From contig CAXXWX010000003.1 of assembly GCA_963675745.2 (NCBI GenBank), forward strand, positions 192,001 to 256,000: 64,000 nt of DNA, given 5' to 3'. Below the pieces are notes generated by a model. It was not told where the DNA came from. It did no database searches and saw nothing but the letters and a program-made list of their open reading frames with translations. The position numbers and the translations under genes were made by a program. The stretch comes from Phycisphaerae bacterium. GTDB lineage: Bacteria > Planctomycetota > Phycisphaerae > UBA1845 > Fen-1342. Position 1 is the stretch's first letter. The number at the start of each line of letters is the position of its first letter. This document shows, one piece after another, positions 8,158-17,994 of this stretch.

Positions 8158-10149
8158 TCAGCTTCCACAGCCCGGGTCGGCCGGAACTTCAGGGCCGCTG
8201 GCACTGAGGCAGTCGAAAAACGCGTCCAAGTCGTCGCCGCCGATCGCGCGGTCGCCGCCACGGTCGAAGCACATGCAAGCCTCTGGATTGGCGGCGTCGT
8301 CGGCTGGACAGGACTGCAACAGCGTGAAATCGCCGAAATCCACGTCGCCGTCAAGGTCGGCATCGGCAAAGGGCAGCCCGCAATCACACGCGTCGCCGAT
8401 GCCATCGTCGTCCGTGTCCTGTTGCGCGCGGTTCCAGACGCCCGCACAGTTATCGTAAACGTCAGCGATGCCGTCCGCATCCGCATCAGACTGGAATGGC
8501 TGGCGGGCCTTGAAGAACAGCGGTTCGATGCTCTCCATCAGGCCGAACATCAGGAACGTGTGATCGACCAGGCCGGCATCGTTTGGCAGCCAGTTGGGGT
8601 CCTGGGATGAGACACGCGTCGCGCCGTAACGCAGACGGGAGTCGCTGGTTGGCGGCTGGTCCTCCAGGAACTCGAGCACAGAGTGGATGTCACCCCAGGC
8701 ACCGACAGCCTCGGGACCGAACACGTTTTCGTGGTCGTAAATGCGGTCGGCGCTATAGCCGCTCGGATTGACCCCCGCCGTCAGGCCATAGCGGTAGGGC
8801 TGGCCGAGCTGGTAGGCGCAATAAAGACTGTCCGCGTACTGATGGTTGCGGAGGAACTGCTCGAAGTCCGCGTTGCGCGCGAAGTCGGAGTTGAAAAAGT
8901 GGCTCTGGTGGACCCAGAAGGCCGGTGCGTATACGGAGGTGTTGTCCGTCAGCGTGGGGATGCCGCGGTATGATTTTGTGGGCGCGTTTGCGGGATCAAG
9001 CCACAGGTGTGCGATCGCGGGGGCGCGTGTCGCGCCGGGTTCGCGCAACGCCAGGCTCACAACCAGCACATATTCGTTCCATGGCGGCAAATCACCTGGG
9101 GCACCACCCCCGCCGGCGGCCATTCCCAGGTAGACGCGTCCGTTCAGGCTCGGGTTGATGGCCGCTTCGAAGTTCGTCGTCGCGAACATCTCGTCGGCGT
9201 AGGAGGCAATTGTCGCGTTGTCAGGAAAGTGGTTCTTGGCGAACAACGCCCCACTCACCAGCAGCGCCGAGCCGATCGTCGTATACGTGCCATCCCATCC
9301 GCCAGCATAGGCGCCGGTGTTGACATCCATGTAATGTACCCAATGGCCATCGGCGGAACGCTCGGGCGTGACTCCCGGTGTGTGGCCTGAGTACGCGCTT
9401 AGGATGCTCTCGACCAGGGACTCGCTGAAACCGATGATCTCGAGTTGATCGACCGCACACAGGCCGAGCAACGCGAAACCAGCCGCGTCCGGCGTCGCTG
9501 GGTGGTAGGGTTCGACGGACGGTGAGAGTGGCAGTGAGTCGCGCACCATGCCGGTCGCCTGGATGGCGTCCATGAGGTAGAACGTCGCACGCTGGAGTTG
9601 GTTGAATCGCGCGGACTCGACGGTGCCGCTGACGACCGTGCGACTGAGCGACCACCGACTCCACTGGATGCCCGTCGGTAACCCTTCGCCGACCTGTACG
9701 CCCACGCCCTTGATCCGAATCCAATTCGTCTGTCCCGGAGTGAAGCGGTCGAGGGGGATGGTGGCGGCGTAGACGCGCGCGCTGTCGACGAACTCGCTAT
9801 GCACCTGCTCGAGTTCGCCGAGCGTGGGGCCGGCCCATAGGGTAAGGTCGAAGGTCTGCTCCATGTGCAGCGAGATGACGATGCGGAAGCGATAATGCAG
9901 AGTATCGGCTGGCACGTTGGCGGGCAGATCGAACGCGATGTCGATCTGATCGCCTTCCCACCCCATTTCGCCGGGCCAGGTTGGTGTCGTGCCGACGGTA
10001 CCGACGAAACCATCGGGGTACTCGATGGCCCAAGGTGGGCTGGCGAAGTCGGTAACGACGAAGATATCGTCGGCGCCGCTCAGCGGCGGGCCGGCTCCGA
10101 GCGAGAGGAGAGTGCATATCCCAGCTAGGATTCGGCGTGTCAAGGGCAT
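8158..10149 (-). CDS. Secreted GH144-related glycosidase with N-terminal beta-domain, thrombospondin type-3 repeat and dockerin-like tail
   Basis: Signal peptide from ATG 10149; TGMVRD, AAGFALL, GHWVHYMD, WNEY, YGLTA motifs; DADGIADVYDNC...DTDDDGIGDACD; DADLDGDVDFGDF. Confidence 0.7.
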   Translation of the reverse strand: MPLTRRILAGICTLLSLGAGPPLSGADDIFVVTDFASPPWAIEYPDGFVGTVGTTPTWPGEMGWEGDQIDIAFDLPANVPADTLHYRFRIVISLHMEQTFDLTLWAGPTLGELEQVHSEFVDSARVYAATIPLDRFTPGQTNWIRIKGVGVQVGEGLPTGIQWSRWSLSRTVVSGTVESARFNQLQRATFYLMDAIQATGMVRDSLPLSPSVEPYHPATPDAAGFALLGLCAVDQLEIIGFSESLVESILSAYSGHTPGVTPERSADGHWVHYMDVNTGAYAGGWDGTYTTIGSALLVSGALFAKNHFPDNATIASYADEMFATTNFEAAINPSLNGRVYLGMAAGGGGAPGDLPPWNEYVLVVSLALREPGATRAPAIAHLWLDPANAPTKSYRGIPTLTDNTSVYAPAFWVHQSHFFNSDFARNADFEQFLRNHQYADSLYCAYQLGQPYRYGLTAGVNPSGYSADRIYDHENVFGPEAVGAWGDIHSVLEFLEDQPPTSDSRLRYGATRVSSQDPNWLPNDAGLVDHTFLMFGLMESIEPLFFKARQPFQSDADADGIADVYDNCAGVWNRAQQDTDDDGIGDACDCGLPFADADLDGDVDFGDFTLLQSCPADDAANPEACMCFDRGGDRAIGGDDLDAFFDCLSASGPEVPADPGCGS

Positions 10150-10438
10150 GCTTGTGTCCACGGTTGGCCTCCGGGTGGGCACGGATTGCTGGAAACGCGT
10201 CGATGAACCGCCGGGTTGTGGGTCGTGCAGAGGCCCATAACAGGTTACTGGCCCGGGAGTGCATCAGGGGCCGTGTTCCGTAACAGATTGATATCACAGA
10301 GCTTATCGATAGTTCCGTCCACTGCGTTGGGCTATGCGGCCGCGCGGCCAATTCCTGGCACGGCAGTTGGCTACGCGCGTTCCGGCGTACCCGGGTTCTT
10401 CCCCAACTCCTGTCGCCATGCGCCAGCATAGCAAAGAC

Positions 10439-10452
10439 TGAAAACGCTTGCA
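10439..10452. promoter_or_regulatory. LacI-family operator in a divergent promoter region
   Basis: TGAAAACGCTTGCA, 13/14 identical to the operator at 190-203. Confidence 0.7.
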
Positions 10453-10567
10453 AAGAGATTCGTTCCAGATTACACTATACGTACTGGGGCCTGTCCCTGG
10501 GCACGCTCTGTGCAGAGCGGAGGCATGTCGGATTGATAAACATTTCCTTGGAGGATGGAGAAGACTC

Positions 10568-11338
10568 ATGAAAAGGACACTGGGAACCAAGGCGCTAATC
10601 ATCGCGGCGGCGGTCGCCATCTTGGCGATTCCGGCGCTGGCGGATGTGACGGACATCAACGCCGTCAAGATCCAGGAGCGCCGCTTCAACGACTTCCCGC
10701 TCTCATCACTCACCACCACGAACAACTACCCCACACTTGTCAGCTTCGTTGAGACCGACTTCGGCGCCGGTGGCTGGGCCAACCAGCATGTCGCGCGCTT
10801 CTCCGCCGACGCCGGCGCTACCGATCGCCTGTTCAACAACAACGAAGCCTTCGACATCAGCTTCGAGATCATGTTGGATGCCGGCTCCGTCACGCCCACT
10901 CAGAAAGAGGCGGGCTTCCGGATGGACAGCTTCGTCGGCGGCGAGGGCTTCTTCCTCGCCAAGAGCGGCGGCGAGGTGGCGGCCTTTGGTGGACCGTTCC
11001 CGTTCTATAGCTTCGGCGCCAGTGCCTACACACCCGGGACCGTGGCCACCATGGAGATGATCTACACCCCCGACGATGACGCCGACCCATGGGATGGCGA
11101 CGCCGCCACAATGGAATACATCTACAACGGCCTGTCGAGCGGCCCGCTCGATTTTGCCAACCTCGAAAACGGCATGATCGACGGTTCGGACCTGGGAATG
11201 TACCTCCAGAACGTCGTCGACACGAGCAACCCGAGCGATTTCGGGATGGTCGAATACACCAACTTCAACGTCGCCGTGCCGGAGCCCGGCAGCGCGTTGC
11301 TGGTGTTGTTGGGTCTGGCGTGGCTGCGGCGGCGATAG
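10568..11338 (+). CDS. PEP-CTERM sorting domain surface protein
   Basis: GGAG RBS, signal peptide, C-terminal VPEPGSALLVLLGLAWLRRR. Confidence 0.9.
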   Translation: MKRTLGTKALIIAAAVAILAIPALADVTDINAVKIQERRFNDFPLSSLTTTNNYPTLVSFVETDFGAGGWANQHVARFSADAGATDRLFNNNEAFDISFEIMLDAGSVTPTQKEAGFRMDSFVGGEGFFLAKSGGEVAAFGGPFPFYSFGASAYTPGTVATMEMIYTPDDDADPWDGDAATMEYIYNGLSSGPLDFANLENGMIDGSDLGMYLQNVVDTSNPSDFGMVEYTNFNVAVPEPGSALLVLLGLAWLRRR

Positions 11339-11483
11339 TCAGACACCGTGAATCAGCCGGCATGGAGCCGGCGTGTTGAGATGTGTGCAGCGAGGTGGGC
11401 TGGCCTCGGCCGGTATAGCCGGGGCCAGTCGACACTCGCGGCCACTTACTGAGACGGGGCCGGCGATCGGCGGAGCGCAGATC

Positions 11484-12326
11484 ATGAGTCGGGCAGATAA
11501 GGACATTCGATTCCGCACGGGCGCGTTTACGCTGATCGAGCTTCTGGTGGTCGTCGCGATCATCGCGCTGTTGATCTCGATCCTGCTTCCCTCGCTCAGT
11601 GCGGCACGCGAGCACGCCAAAGCGGCCGTGTGCAAGTCGGGTCTGCACCAGTTGGCCCTGGCGACTACGTACTACAGCGAGGATAACCGCGAGCACCTGC
11701 CCTACATACTCGGGTCGCCCGATACCCTGGGCAATCCGACCAACGCGCCATTCTACCAGTTTCACCAGATCTTCCTGTTCTGGAAGTACCAGCAGAACTT
11801 GAAGATCTACCAGTGTCCCAGCGCCAAGAATGAGAACTCCGTCAAGAAGTACTTCGGTTCGGTCGGGACCACCGAGTACTACAGCTATTACTACGTGCAG
11901 AAGTCAGACCCGTACTATATCGATGCCTATCTCGACCGGCGTTGGCCCGAAATCGACCCGACCGAAGTCAGCGGCGAGGAAATCCCGCAGCTCTTCACCG
12001 AGTATTGGTTCAATGACTGGAGCACGGGCGCCAAAAACGGGACGCGCGACGTGCCGGCTATCAACGGCGGCGCGATCTCCAAGATCCCGCTGCCGAACTT
12101 GGCCGTGATAATCAGCGATGCCGTTTGGGAGTCGCCGGACCCTCGCCATCGCGGGGGCAGTCAATTGGCTTTCCTCGACGCGCACGCGGGCTGGTACAAG
12201 CGTGACCGCTACCTCGACCCAGAGGGTTCCACCGGCGATCATTCGCCCAACGACTATGACGCGTGGGGCAATCGCCCGTTCTACGCGTGGGGATTGACGA
12301 AAGAGGGATTCGACGCACTGCCGTAA
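11484..12326 (+). CDS. Prepilin-type N-terminal cleavage/methylation protein, DUF1559/H-X9-DG family
   Basis: [34 protein letters not shown] motif, [14 protein letters not shown] (H-X9-DA variant). Confidence 0.9.
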   Translation: MSRADKDIRFRTGAFTLIELLVVVAIIALLISILLPSLSAAREHAKAAVCKSGLHQLALATTYYSEDNREHLPYILGSPDTLGNPTNAPFYQFHQIFLFWKYQQNLKIYQCPSAKNENSVKKYFGSVGTTEYYSYYYVQKSDPYYIDAYLDRRWPEIDPTEVSGEEIPQLFTEYWFNDWSTGAKNGTRDVPAINGGAISKIPLPNLAVIISDAVWESPDPRHRGGSQLAFLDAHAGWYKRDRYLDPEGSTGDHSPNDYDAWGNRPFYAWGLTKEGFDALP

Positions 12327-12433
12327 CCGTAATGGCTTGTCGCACGGCGGGCGCCACGCGACGCCGCCGTGGTCAGCGCCAGCGGCGTTCCGCATCGAAG
12401 ACCCGTGGCGGAGGTTTGAAAGGAAAAGCAGAC

Positions 12434-14224
12434 ATGAGACGGTGCCTAACGATCGCTGCGCTTATCAGCGTGGCCCTGATGCTCTCGACAGCCAGTGCCG
12501 AGCAGAACATTGTGGCGAACGGCAGTGCCGAGGCCGGTGGTGGCGCGGGTGGCCCCGACGACCGCATCGCCGAGAGCTGGACGTTCTTCGGCGGCGACAC
12601 CATCGAACGCAGCAACGAAGAGAACCTGGAGCCACTCGCCGGAAGTTGGTCGCTGAAGATCTTCGGCGGAGAGGGTACCGTCGGGGCTTACCAGGATATC
12701 TCCGTGGCGGAGGGCGCGAACGTCACCATCAGCGCGCAGCTCTACACGCGCGACGGGGATGCGATCGACGGCGATGCGCAGGCCAAGATCAAGATTGAGT
12801 TCCTGGATGCCGCGTCGCAATCGCTCGGTGCCACGGAGCTGGTCGTGCTCGATGCCGGATCCGCGACCGACACCTGGACGCCTGCTTCACTGGGCCCGAT
12901 CGAGGCACCGGCCACCACCGCTGTCGCACGCATGGTCTGCGTGTGGACCTACAGTGCAACCTCGTTTGGCTCGGCGTACTGGGACGACTGCACATTGACG
13001 GTCGGTGCCGGGGGCAACTTGCTGGACAACGCCGATTTCGAGATCGCTGGTATCAGCGGCTCGTCACCGTTCGGTATTGACGAATGGACCGGCTTCGGGA
13101 CTCAGGAAAAGTCCTCGGACGCCGCCTATGACGGATTGAACAGCGCATTCGCTCAGGTTGGCGGCGCGGCCGGAGAGTACTCAGGCCTGTACCAGGATAT
13201 GGCCGAGTTGGCCGCTGGCGACCGACTCTTCTTGCACTGCCGAGTCTGGATCCCGGCCGCGACACCATTGACCGGCACGTCGGCGGCGGCGATCAAACTC
13301 GAGTTCTATCCGACCAGCGGCAGCTCGACGCCGCCCCCGGAGGAGGCGCTCGACTTCGACGCAAACGACCCGGCTGACTCCTGGGAGCTCGTCAGCTACT
13401 CCACGATTGTTCCGGAGGATATTTCGCTGGCGCGCGTGGTGTTGCTTTCATTCGATGAGGATCCCAACAACGGTCCGGTCTACTTCGAGTCCGCCTGGGC
13501 CGAACGCAGTAGCCAGGTCGGCGTGAATCAGCTCGATAACCCAAGCTTCGAGCAGGGTACGAGCGGCGCTAACGGCCTCATCAGCTGGACCGAGTTCCGT
13601 GGCTTGGGTTGCTCGGCACGCAAGAACGCATTTGAGGTTCCCGCGATGGATGGCGTCTCCGTGCTGAAGATCGTGGGCGACTGCGTGGCAGGCGTTTTCC
13701 AGGACATTGAAGTTGCCCCCGGAGAGACACTCACGATTTCAAGCTATCTACGCTCAAATTCCGCTGAACCGTACGCTGCTCCGGGCGTGATGGCCGGCGT
13801 CAAGGTCGAGTGGGTCAGTGGCGTCGTGCCACCCTGGATCGACATTGGCGGCGCGCCGAACAACACCGCCGAAGAGGGGACGCCGACGGATCAGTGGATG
13901 CCGCTCTGGATCGACTACACCATGCCCGCCGGCACCGCTGCCTTGGTCCGTTACACCCTTATCGTGGCCCAAGGTGATGCAGCCGAAGCCGCGGCCTACT
14001 TCGACGCCTGCGAGGCGGTCGTCATGAACCTCTATGACGGCGCGGACATTGACGCAGACGATGATGAGGACCTGGGCGACTTTGTCTGGCTCCAGCGGAC
14101 TTTCCGCGGCACCGGCGTGACATCGCTCGAATGGAACAAGTACACGTACGACTTCGATGAAGATGGAGACGTCGACATAACGGACTGGAACTTCTTCGAG
14201 CCGCGTCTTGTCGGGCCGAATTAA
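12434..14224 (+). CDS. Secreted non-catalytic protein: three tandem CBM-like (galactose-binding fold) modules plus dockerin-like tail
   Basis: Signal peptide; three repeats starting NIVANGSAE / NLLDNADFE / NQLDNPSFE, each with YQD/FQD and K(I/L/V)E(F/W); tail DIDADDDEDLGDF...DFDEDGDVDITDW. Confidence 0.75.
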   Translation: MRRCLTIAALISVALMLSTASAEQNIVANGSAEAGGGAGGPDDRIAESWTFFGGDTIERSNEENLEPLAGSWSLKIFGGEGTVGAYQDISVAEGANVTISAQLYTRDGDAIDGDAQAKIKIEFLDAASQSLGATELVVLDAGSATDTWTPASLGPIEAPATTAVARMVCVWTYSATSFGSAYWDDCTLTVGAGGNLLDNADFEIAGISGSSPFGIDEWTGFGTQEKSSDAAYDGLNSAFAQVGGAAGEYSGLYQDMAELAAGDRLFLHCRVWIPAATPLTGTSAAAIKLEFYPTSGSSTPPPEEALDFDANDPADSWELVSYSTIVPEDISLARVVLLSFDEDPNNGPVYFESAWAERSSQVGVNQLDNPSFEQGTSGANGLISWTEFRGLGCSARKNAFEVPAMDGVSVLKIVGDCVAGVFQDIEVAPGETLTISSYLRSNSAEPYAAPGVMAGVKVEWVSGVVPPWIDIGGAPNNTAEEGTPTDQWMPLWIDYTMPAGTAALVRYTLIVAQGDAAEAAAYFDACEAVVMNLYDGADIDADDDEDLGDFVWLQRTFRGTGVTSLEWNKYTYDFDEDGDVDITDWNFFEPRLVGPN

Positions 14225-14542
14225 CTGTCCGTTTTGCTGATTCCGTCCTCTGTCCTGGCCTGTCGAATCTCATGCGCCGCCCATGATGCGTAACGGCCTC
14301 CCGTCGATGCCGTTATGGTCGCTGGTGGCGTGGTGGGTAGGCAAAGTGGCCAGGCACCAGAATCCTCCAGGAATCCCCCTGCCGCAGCGTTGGTCGCGAC
14401 GCGTCAGGTCGGCCATGAACGCTGGGCGAAAAGTGCTGCGCCTGCGGGGCTGCCGAGGGTCGGTTAAACGGTGCGGCGACCGACTATCTGGCATGCCCGG
14501 CCAGGCGCGAAGCGACGGACAGAGTCACCGGGCATGCGTACC

Positions 14543-14810
14543 TGTCCCTGCCGAAAAGCTAATCCTCCTTATGCAACAAGGACTTGCGTGTTTCGAGTGC
14601 GGTGGCCGGATCGGCTGCGATGAGCCCTTACAGATTCCGATTTGAGGAGTTGAGACGGGCCTCATGACCGGTGGCATATTGTTCGTCCGCGTCATGGTTG
14701 CCGGCCGCGCGGCGATTGTGGCCGAGAGCCTGGCGATGCGTCATCAGCTTGGCATCCTCCTACGCCGCGTGAAGCGTCGCGCGCTATGGTTGTGCAATTC
14801 ACCTGTATAG
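14543..14810 (+). mobile_element. Truncated IS remnant (IS481/integrase-core type): left end plus 48-aa N-terminal fragment
   Basis: TGTCCCTGCCGAAAA terminal-like sequence at 14543; ORF 14664-14810 reads GRAAIVAESLAMRHQLGILLRRVKR, resembling the AENLALRHQL N-terminus of integrase-core transposases. Confidence 0.55.
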
Positions 14811-14866
14811 ACGAGCCAAACGGCAATCCCGTTCTTTATTCACCAAGACTATCGTGAAACTCTCGG

Positions 14867-15466
14867 GTTAACGCGTTACGAACACAGGGCCAACCTGAAG
14901 ATCCCAGATCTGCTGGACGAACTCGCCCCACAATCGCTCACCATCCCCGTGATGTCGCGTCGTACCTCCTCCTGGCTCCTCGACTTTGTGTTACTTCCAC
15001 TTCTGGATGACATCACGGCGGCGCGGGCCGCCAATCGGTGTGACGGGGTCGACGTCGATCCTCATTCGCGGCACATCGACTTGGTCGGCGAGGACGTTCG
15101 CCGCTTCCGCGAGGCCCACGACAGCTTCAGCGTGGGAAACGGGCGGGCAGTTTGCCACCCTCCGATGGTCACCTTGTCGAGCATCTCGCGGAACAGTCGA
15201 TGGCCGTACAGCTTTGGGTTGGCAATGTCACTTCTGTACCGGGCGACGGCCGCAATGCGGGCGAGTTTCTCGGCGGGAATTGAGTTGGCCCGCTCGGTGG
15301 GGAGTCCGGCTCGGGCATCTTTCCAGGTTCTGAATTCCTGGCGCCTCCCATCGGATCGGATAGTGTAGAATCTGCGCCGTGCTTTGTTGGAGAAAATGGC
15401 GGCGTTCGTCCTGACGGGTCTTCCGTGCCGGTTAACCCGGATGCGAGGACGTGCTGCACGTGACAC
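14867..15466 (-). pseudogene. Degraded gene, possibly the N-terminal part of a recombinase/integrase
   Basis: ORF 15466-15062 continues in a shifted frame as VSHAEAVVGLAEAANV...DVIQKWK*HKVEE...TTRHHGDGERLWGEFVQQI with an internal stop; family is a guess. Confidence 0.3.
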
Positions 15467-15616
15467 TCAGTCCTTTTGTCCTGGCTCTCAGTACGGGAAC
15501 CGCCACGGGCCGCCGCCACGGTCGCCCCGCGGATTGCCAGCGAAAGAAACCGCGGCAGGCAGCCGGTGCGAATGCAAGTTCAATTCTGACAGAGCGTTAC
15601 GAGAGTAGAAATGAGG

Positions 15617-15662
15617 TTCGCATCCCGCCCAGTATACGGTCGTATACTGGGCGGGATGCGAA
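15617..15662. repeat. 46-bp palindrome (perfect 22-bp arms, 2-nt centre)
   Basis: TTCGCATCCCGCCCAGTATACG-GT-CGTATACTGGGCGGGATGCGAA. Confidence 0.95.
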
Positions 15663-16275
15663 TGCCCTTGCCGCCCGAAATCAGACCCAGCAGCGCGTAG
15701 TCAAAATCGGGCAACAGCGCGGCTTCGGTGTTGCGTTGTTGGAAACTACCAACGCGGAGTGCGTAGGAGACTGAGGCCCGGTGGTGCGATCGAGCCTCAG
15801 GCAAAACCGGTAGCGGCCAGTTTCCCACGTCGCCGGCACGTCACGGTTGATGGTTGCGGCCGGGCAGGCTGCCTACGCCACGAGCGCAAGCAACTGTCCG
15901 GCCGCTTCGTTCCCTTCGACGCGCGTCAACTGTCCCTTTCCCGGCCGGGCGCGCCGGCTTTCACGGCCAGGAGGGCACATCGGTTTACATGCGGACATCC
16001 CAAGAGTTTGTGGCGGTTTTGTGGCGGCAGTGCCGGACTCATCCGCGCGTGGTGCCGACCGGCGGTATGATTGACAGAAGCGTAAGGAATGGCTATTTAG
16101 GCACTTACGTCAAGCGGGATCTGGGTGACTGACGGATGGCGGAGAATCCCGCCCTCTCCGTTACGTGCAAGGGTTGCGGCAGCTCATGATTCGAGTTGCC
16201 GCAACCCTTTCTCGTTTGGTGATTCATGGCCGCGCGGTCGCGAGTTTCGTGCGGAAGATGGCAGGCCGATTTGCG

Positions 16276-17538
16276 TTAGCGACAACGCTCGGCGAATCTC
16301 TCGCGTGCCTCTGTCGCCGTCGGGAGCAGGTCCTCGCCGGTGTTGAGCCAGCGGCCGTCTTCGAGCGTCAGCGAACGCAGGTCGAATTGATGCTCGCCGG
16401 TCGGCTGGGTCAACCGGGCGACGACCGCCACCGTCTCATCCCCGCAGTACAAGACCTCGACGATCTCCGCGCTTCGCCACATGGCGGCCGCCGCGGGCGT
16501 AACCGTGTACGCGGGTTCATCGTCCGGCGGAAACGCGTCGCGCAGCGAGCTGGCGGAGACGCGCGCCCACGCGTTGTTCGTGGCGGCCACGCACGCCCGA
16601 TTGATGTTCGCGTAGGCCGCCTGGGGCGTGGAGAAATCCTCCACGTCGGTGAATTCGGCCACCGATCGGCCAACCGGAACCGCGCGTATAGACTGCCCCG
16701 CCGCTAGTGTCTCGCGCTTGCCGTCGTCGGCCCCTCCCGGTGGCTCGACGTGGGCCGGCGGACTACCCGCGCCGGCTGTCGGGGGTTGCAGCGCATAACC
16801 CTCCGGAATCGCTAACTCGAACAGACCATCGTCGAGCGGCACGTCAAAGCGGATGTCCCAGGCGACCGCGCGCTCGTCGTCGGTCGTCTCGCCTCGGTCA
16901 ATGCGCACCGGCAGGCCGGTCGGTGCATCAACCCAAACAACGAATTCCGCCGACCGCGAACCGTCTGTGGCCGGAATAGGCGCCGTTACACGAAATCCGA
17001 GAGCCGTCCGCCCGTCGACGAGATTGTTGCCAATGCAGCGCGAACCGCCGCTCGGCAAGTCGCGCAGCCACGAGTAGATGTCAAACCCGGTCCACGCCTG
17101 AGCCGGGACCAGGCGGGCGCTGTGCTCGCGTGCATCCAGCATCAACGCGCGGTGGGCGTCCTGGTCGACGATCATCACATCGCCGGTGTCGGATTCGAGG
17201 CGCATCCCATCGCCGGCCTTCACCATTACCCGGGCCGTACCCCAATGCTCGCGGAACTGAAAGACAACGGTCTGAGTTTGCAGCGTGCGTTGTGTCACGT
17301 CGGCGAGCGCCAATTGCTCCAGCTCCGCTGAACCGCGTATCACGTACGCCCCGACGGCAACGACGGCAATCACCGCCGCCGCGGCCCACCGTGTGTAGTG
17401 AATCCGCCGATACCGCGGGCCGGCGGCCTGTTCGTGTCGGCGCAGCGCCCGCACAGTGTCCGCATCCAGTGCTGCGCCCGGCCCCGCCGGCACCGGCGCC
17501 TCACGCAAGGCGCGCATGCAATCGTCGACAGGTGGCAT
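16276..17538 (-). CDS. Membrane-anchored putative anti-sigma factor with LolA-like periplasmic domain
   Basis: Short cytoplasmic N-terminus, TM RWAAAAVIAVVAVG, WVDAPTGLPVRI and FDVPLDDGLFELAIPEGY motifs; directly downstream of an ECF sigma remnant. Confidence 0.65.
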   Translation of the reverse strand: MPPVDDCMRALREAPVPAGPGAALDADTVRALRRHEQAAGPRYRRIHYTRWAAAAVIAVVAVGAYVIRGSAELEQLALADVTQRTLQTQTVVFQFREHWGTARVMVKAGDGMRLESDTGDVMIVDQDAHRALMLDAREHSARLVPAQAWTGFDIYSWLRDLPSGGSRCIGNNLVDGRTALGFRVTAPIPATDGSRSAEFVVWVDAPTGLPVRIDRGETTDDERAVAWDIRFDVPLDDGLFELAIPEGYALQPPTAGAGSPPAHVEPPGGADDGKRETLAAGQSIRAVPVGRSVAEFTDVEDFSTPQAAYANINRACVAATNNAWARVSASSLRDAFPPDDEPAYTVTPAAAAMWRSAEIVEVLYCGDETVAVVARLTQPTGEHQFDLRSLTLEDGRWLNTGEDLLPTATEARERFAERCR

Positions 17539-17547
17539 AATCAGTCC

Positions 17548-17740
17548 TCAACGCCCCCCGCGCGTGATTTCGGTGTCCAGTATCCGTGACAGCCGCAGGC
17601 GCGATTTCTGCAGGAGCACGCTCACGGCTCCAACACGCAGGTGCAGACAGGCGGCGATCTCTTCGTACGACAAGCCTTCCAAGTACCGCAGCGCGGCCAC
17701 TTCGGCCTGTCTCCGCGACAATCCGCGTCCAATCGTGCAT
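17548..17740 (-). pseudogene. ECF sigma-70 factor, internally deleted and frameshifted
   Basis: AAGGA RBS, MHDWTRIVAE start, then in another frame LSRRQAEVAALRYLEGLSYEEIAACLHLRVGAVSVLLQKSRLRL (region 4); region 2 absent; 193 nt. Confidence 0.8.
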
Positions 17741-17994
17741 CAGTGTCCTTGTCGGCGTGCGATCGTACGTCTACACAATATTGTCGCCCGCGGACGGCAT
17801 CTTGCTACCGTGAAATGCACAGGAACACACGACCCGGCCACCGGCGTCAGGCGACGACCGGGACGCCCGAACGAAAATGCCTGCTCACGCCGTTTGCATG
17901 CGCCACTTGCCCGGCGCGGCCGCGAGATTCGCAACCGCGGTCAAGAAGCGCCGGTCGGCGGCGGATACGATCCGGAAACGGAAGTGGAGAACCG

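Noticed and set aside
6902..8458. 518-aa plus-strand ORF (similarly 28244-29818, 39976-41382, 51075-52226, 20683-21747)
   Set aside because: Antisense shadows of well-supported genes with no family motifs
17641..17994. N-terminal extension of the AraC ORF
   Set aside because: Overlaps the sigma remnant; an RBS supports ATG 17995
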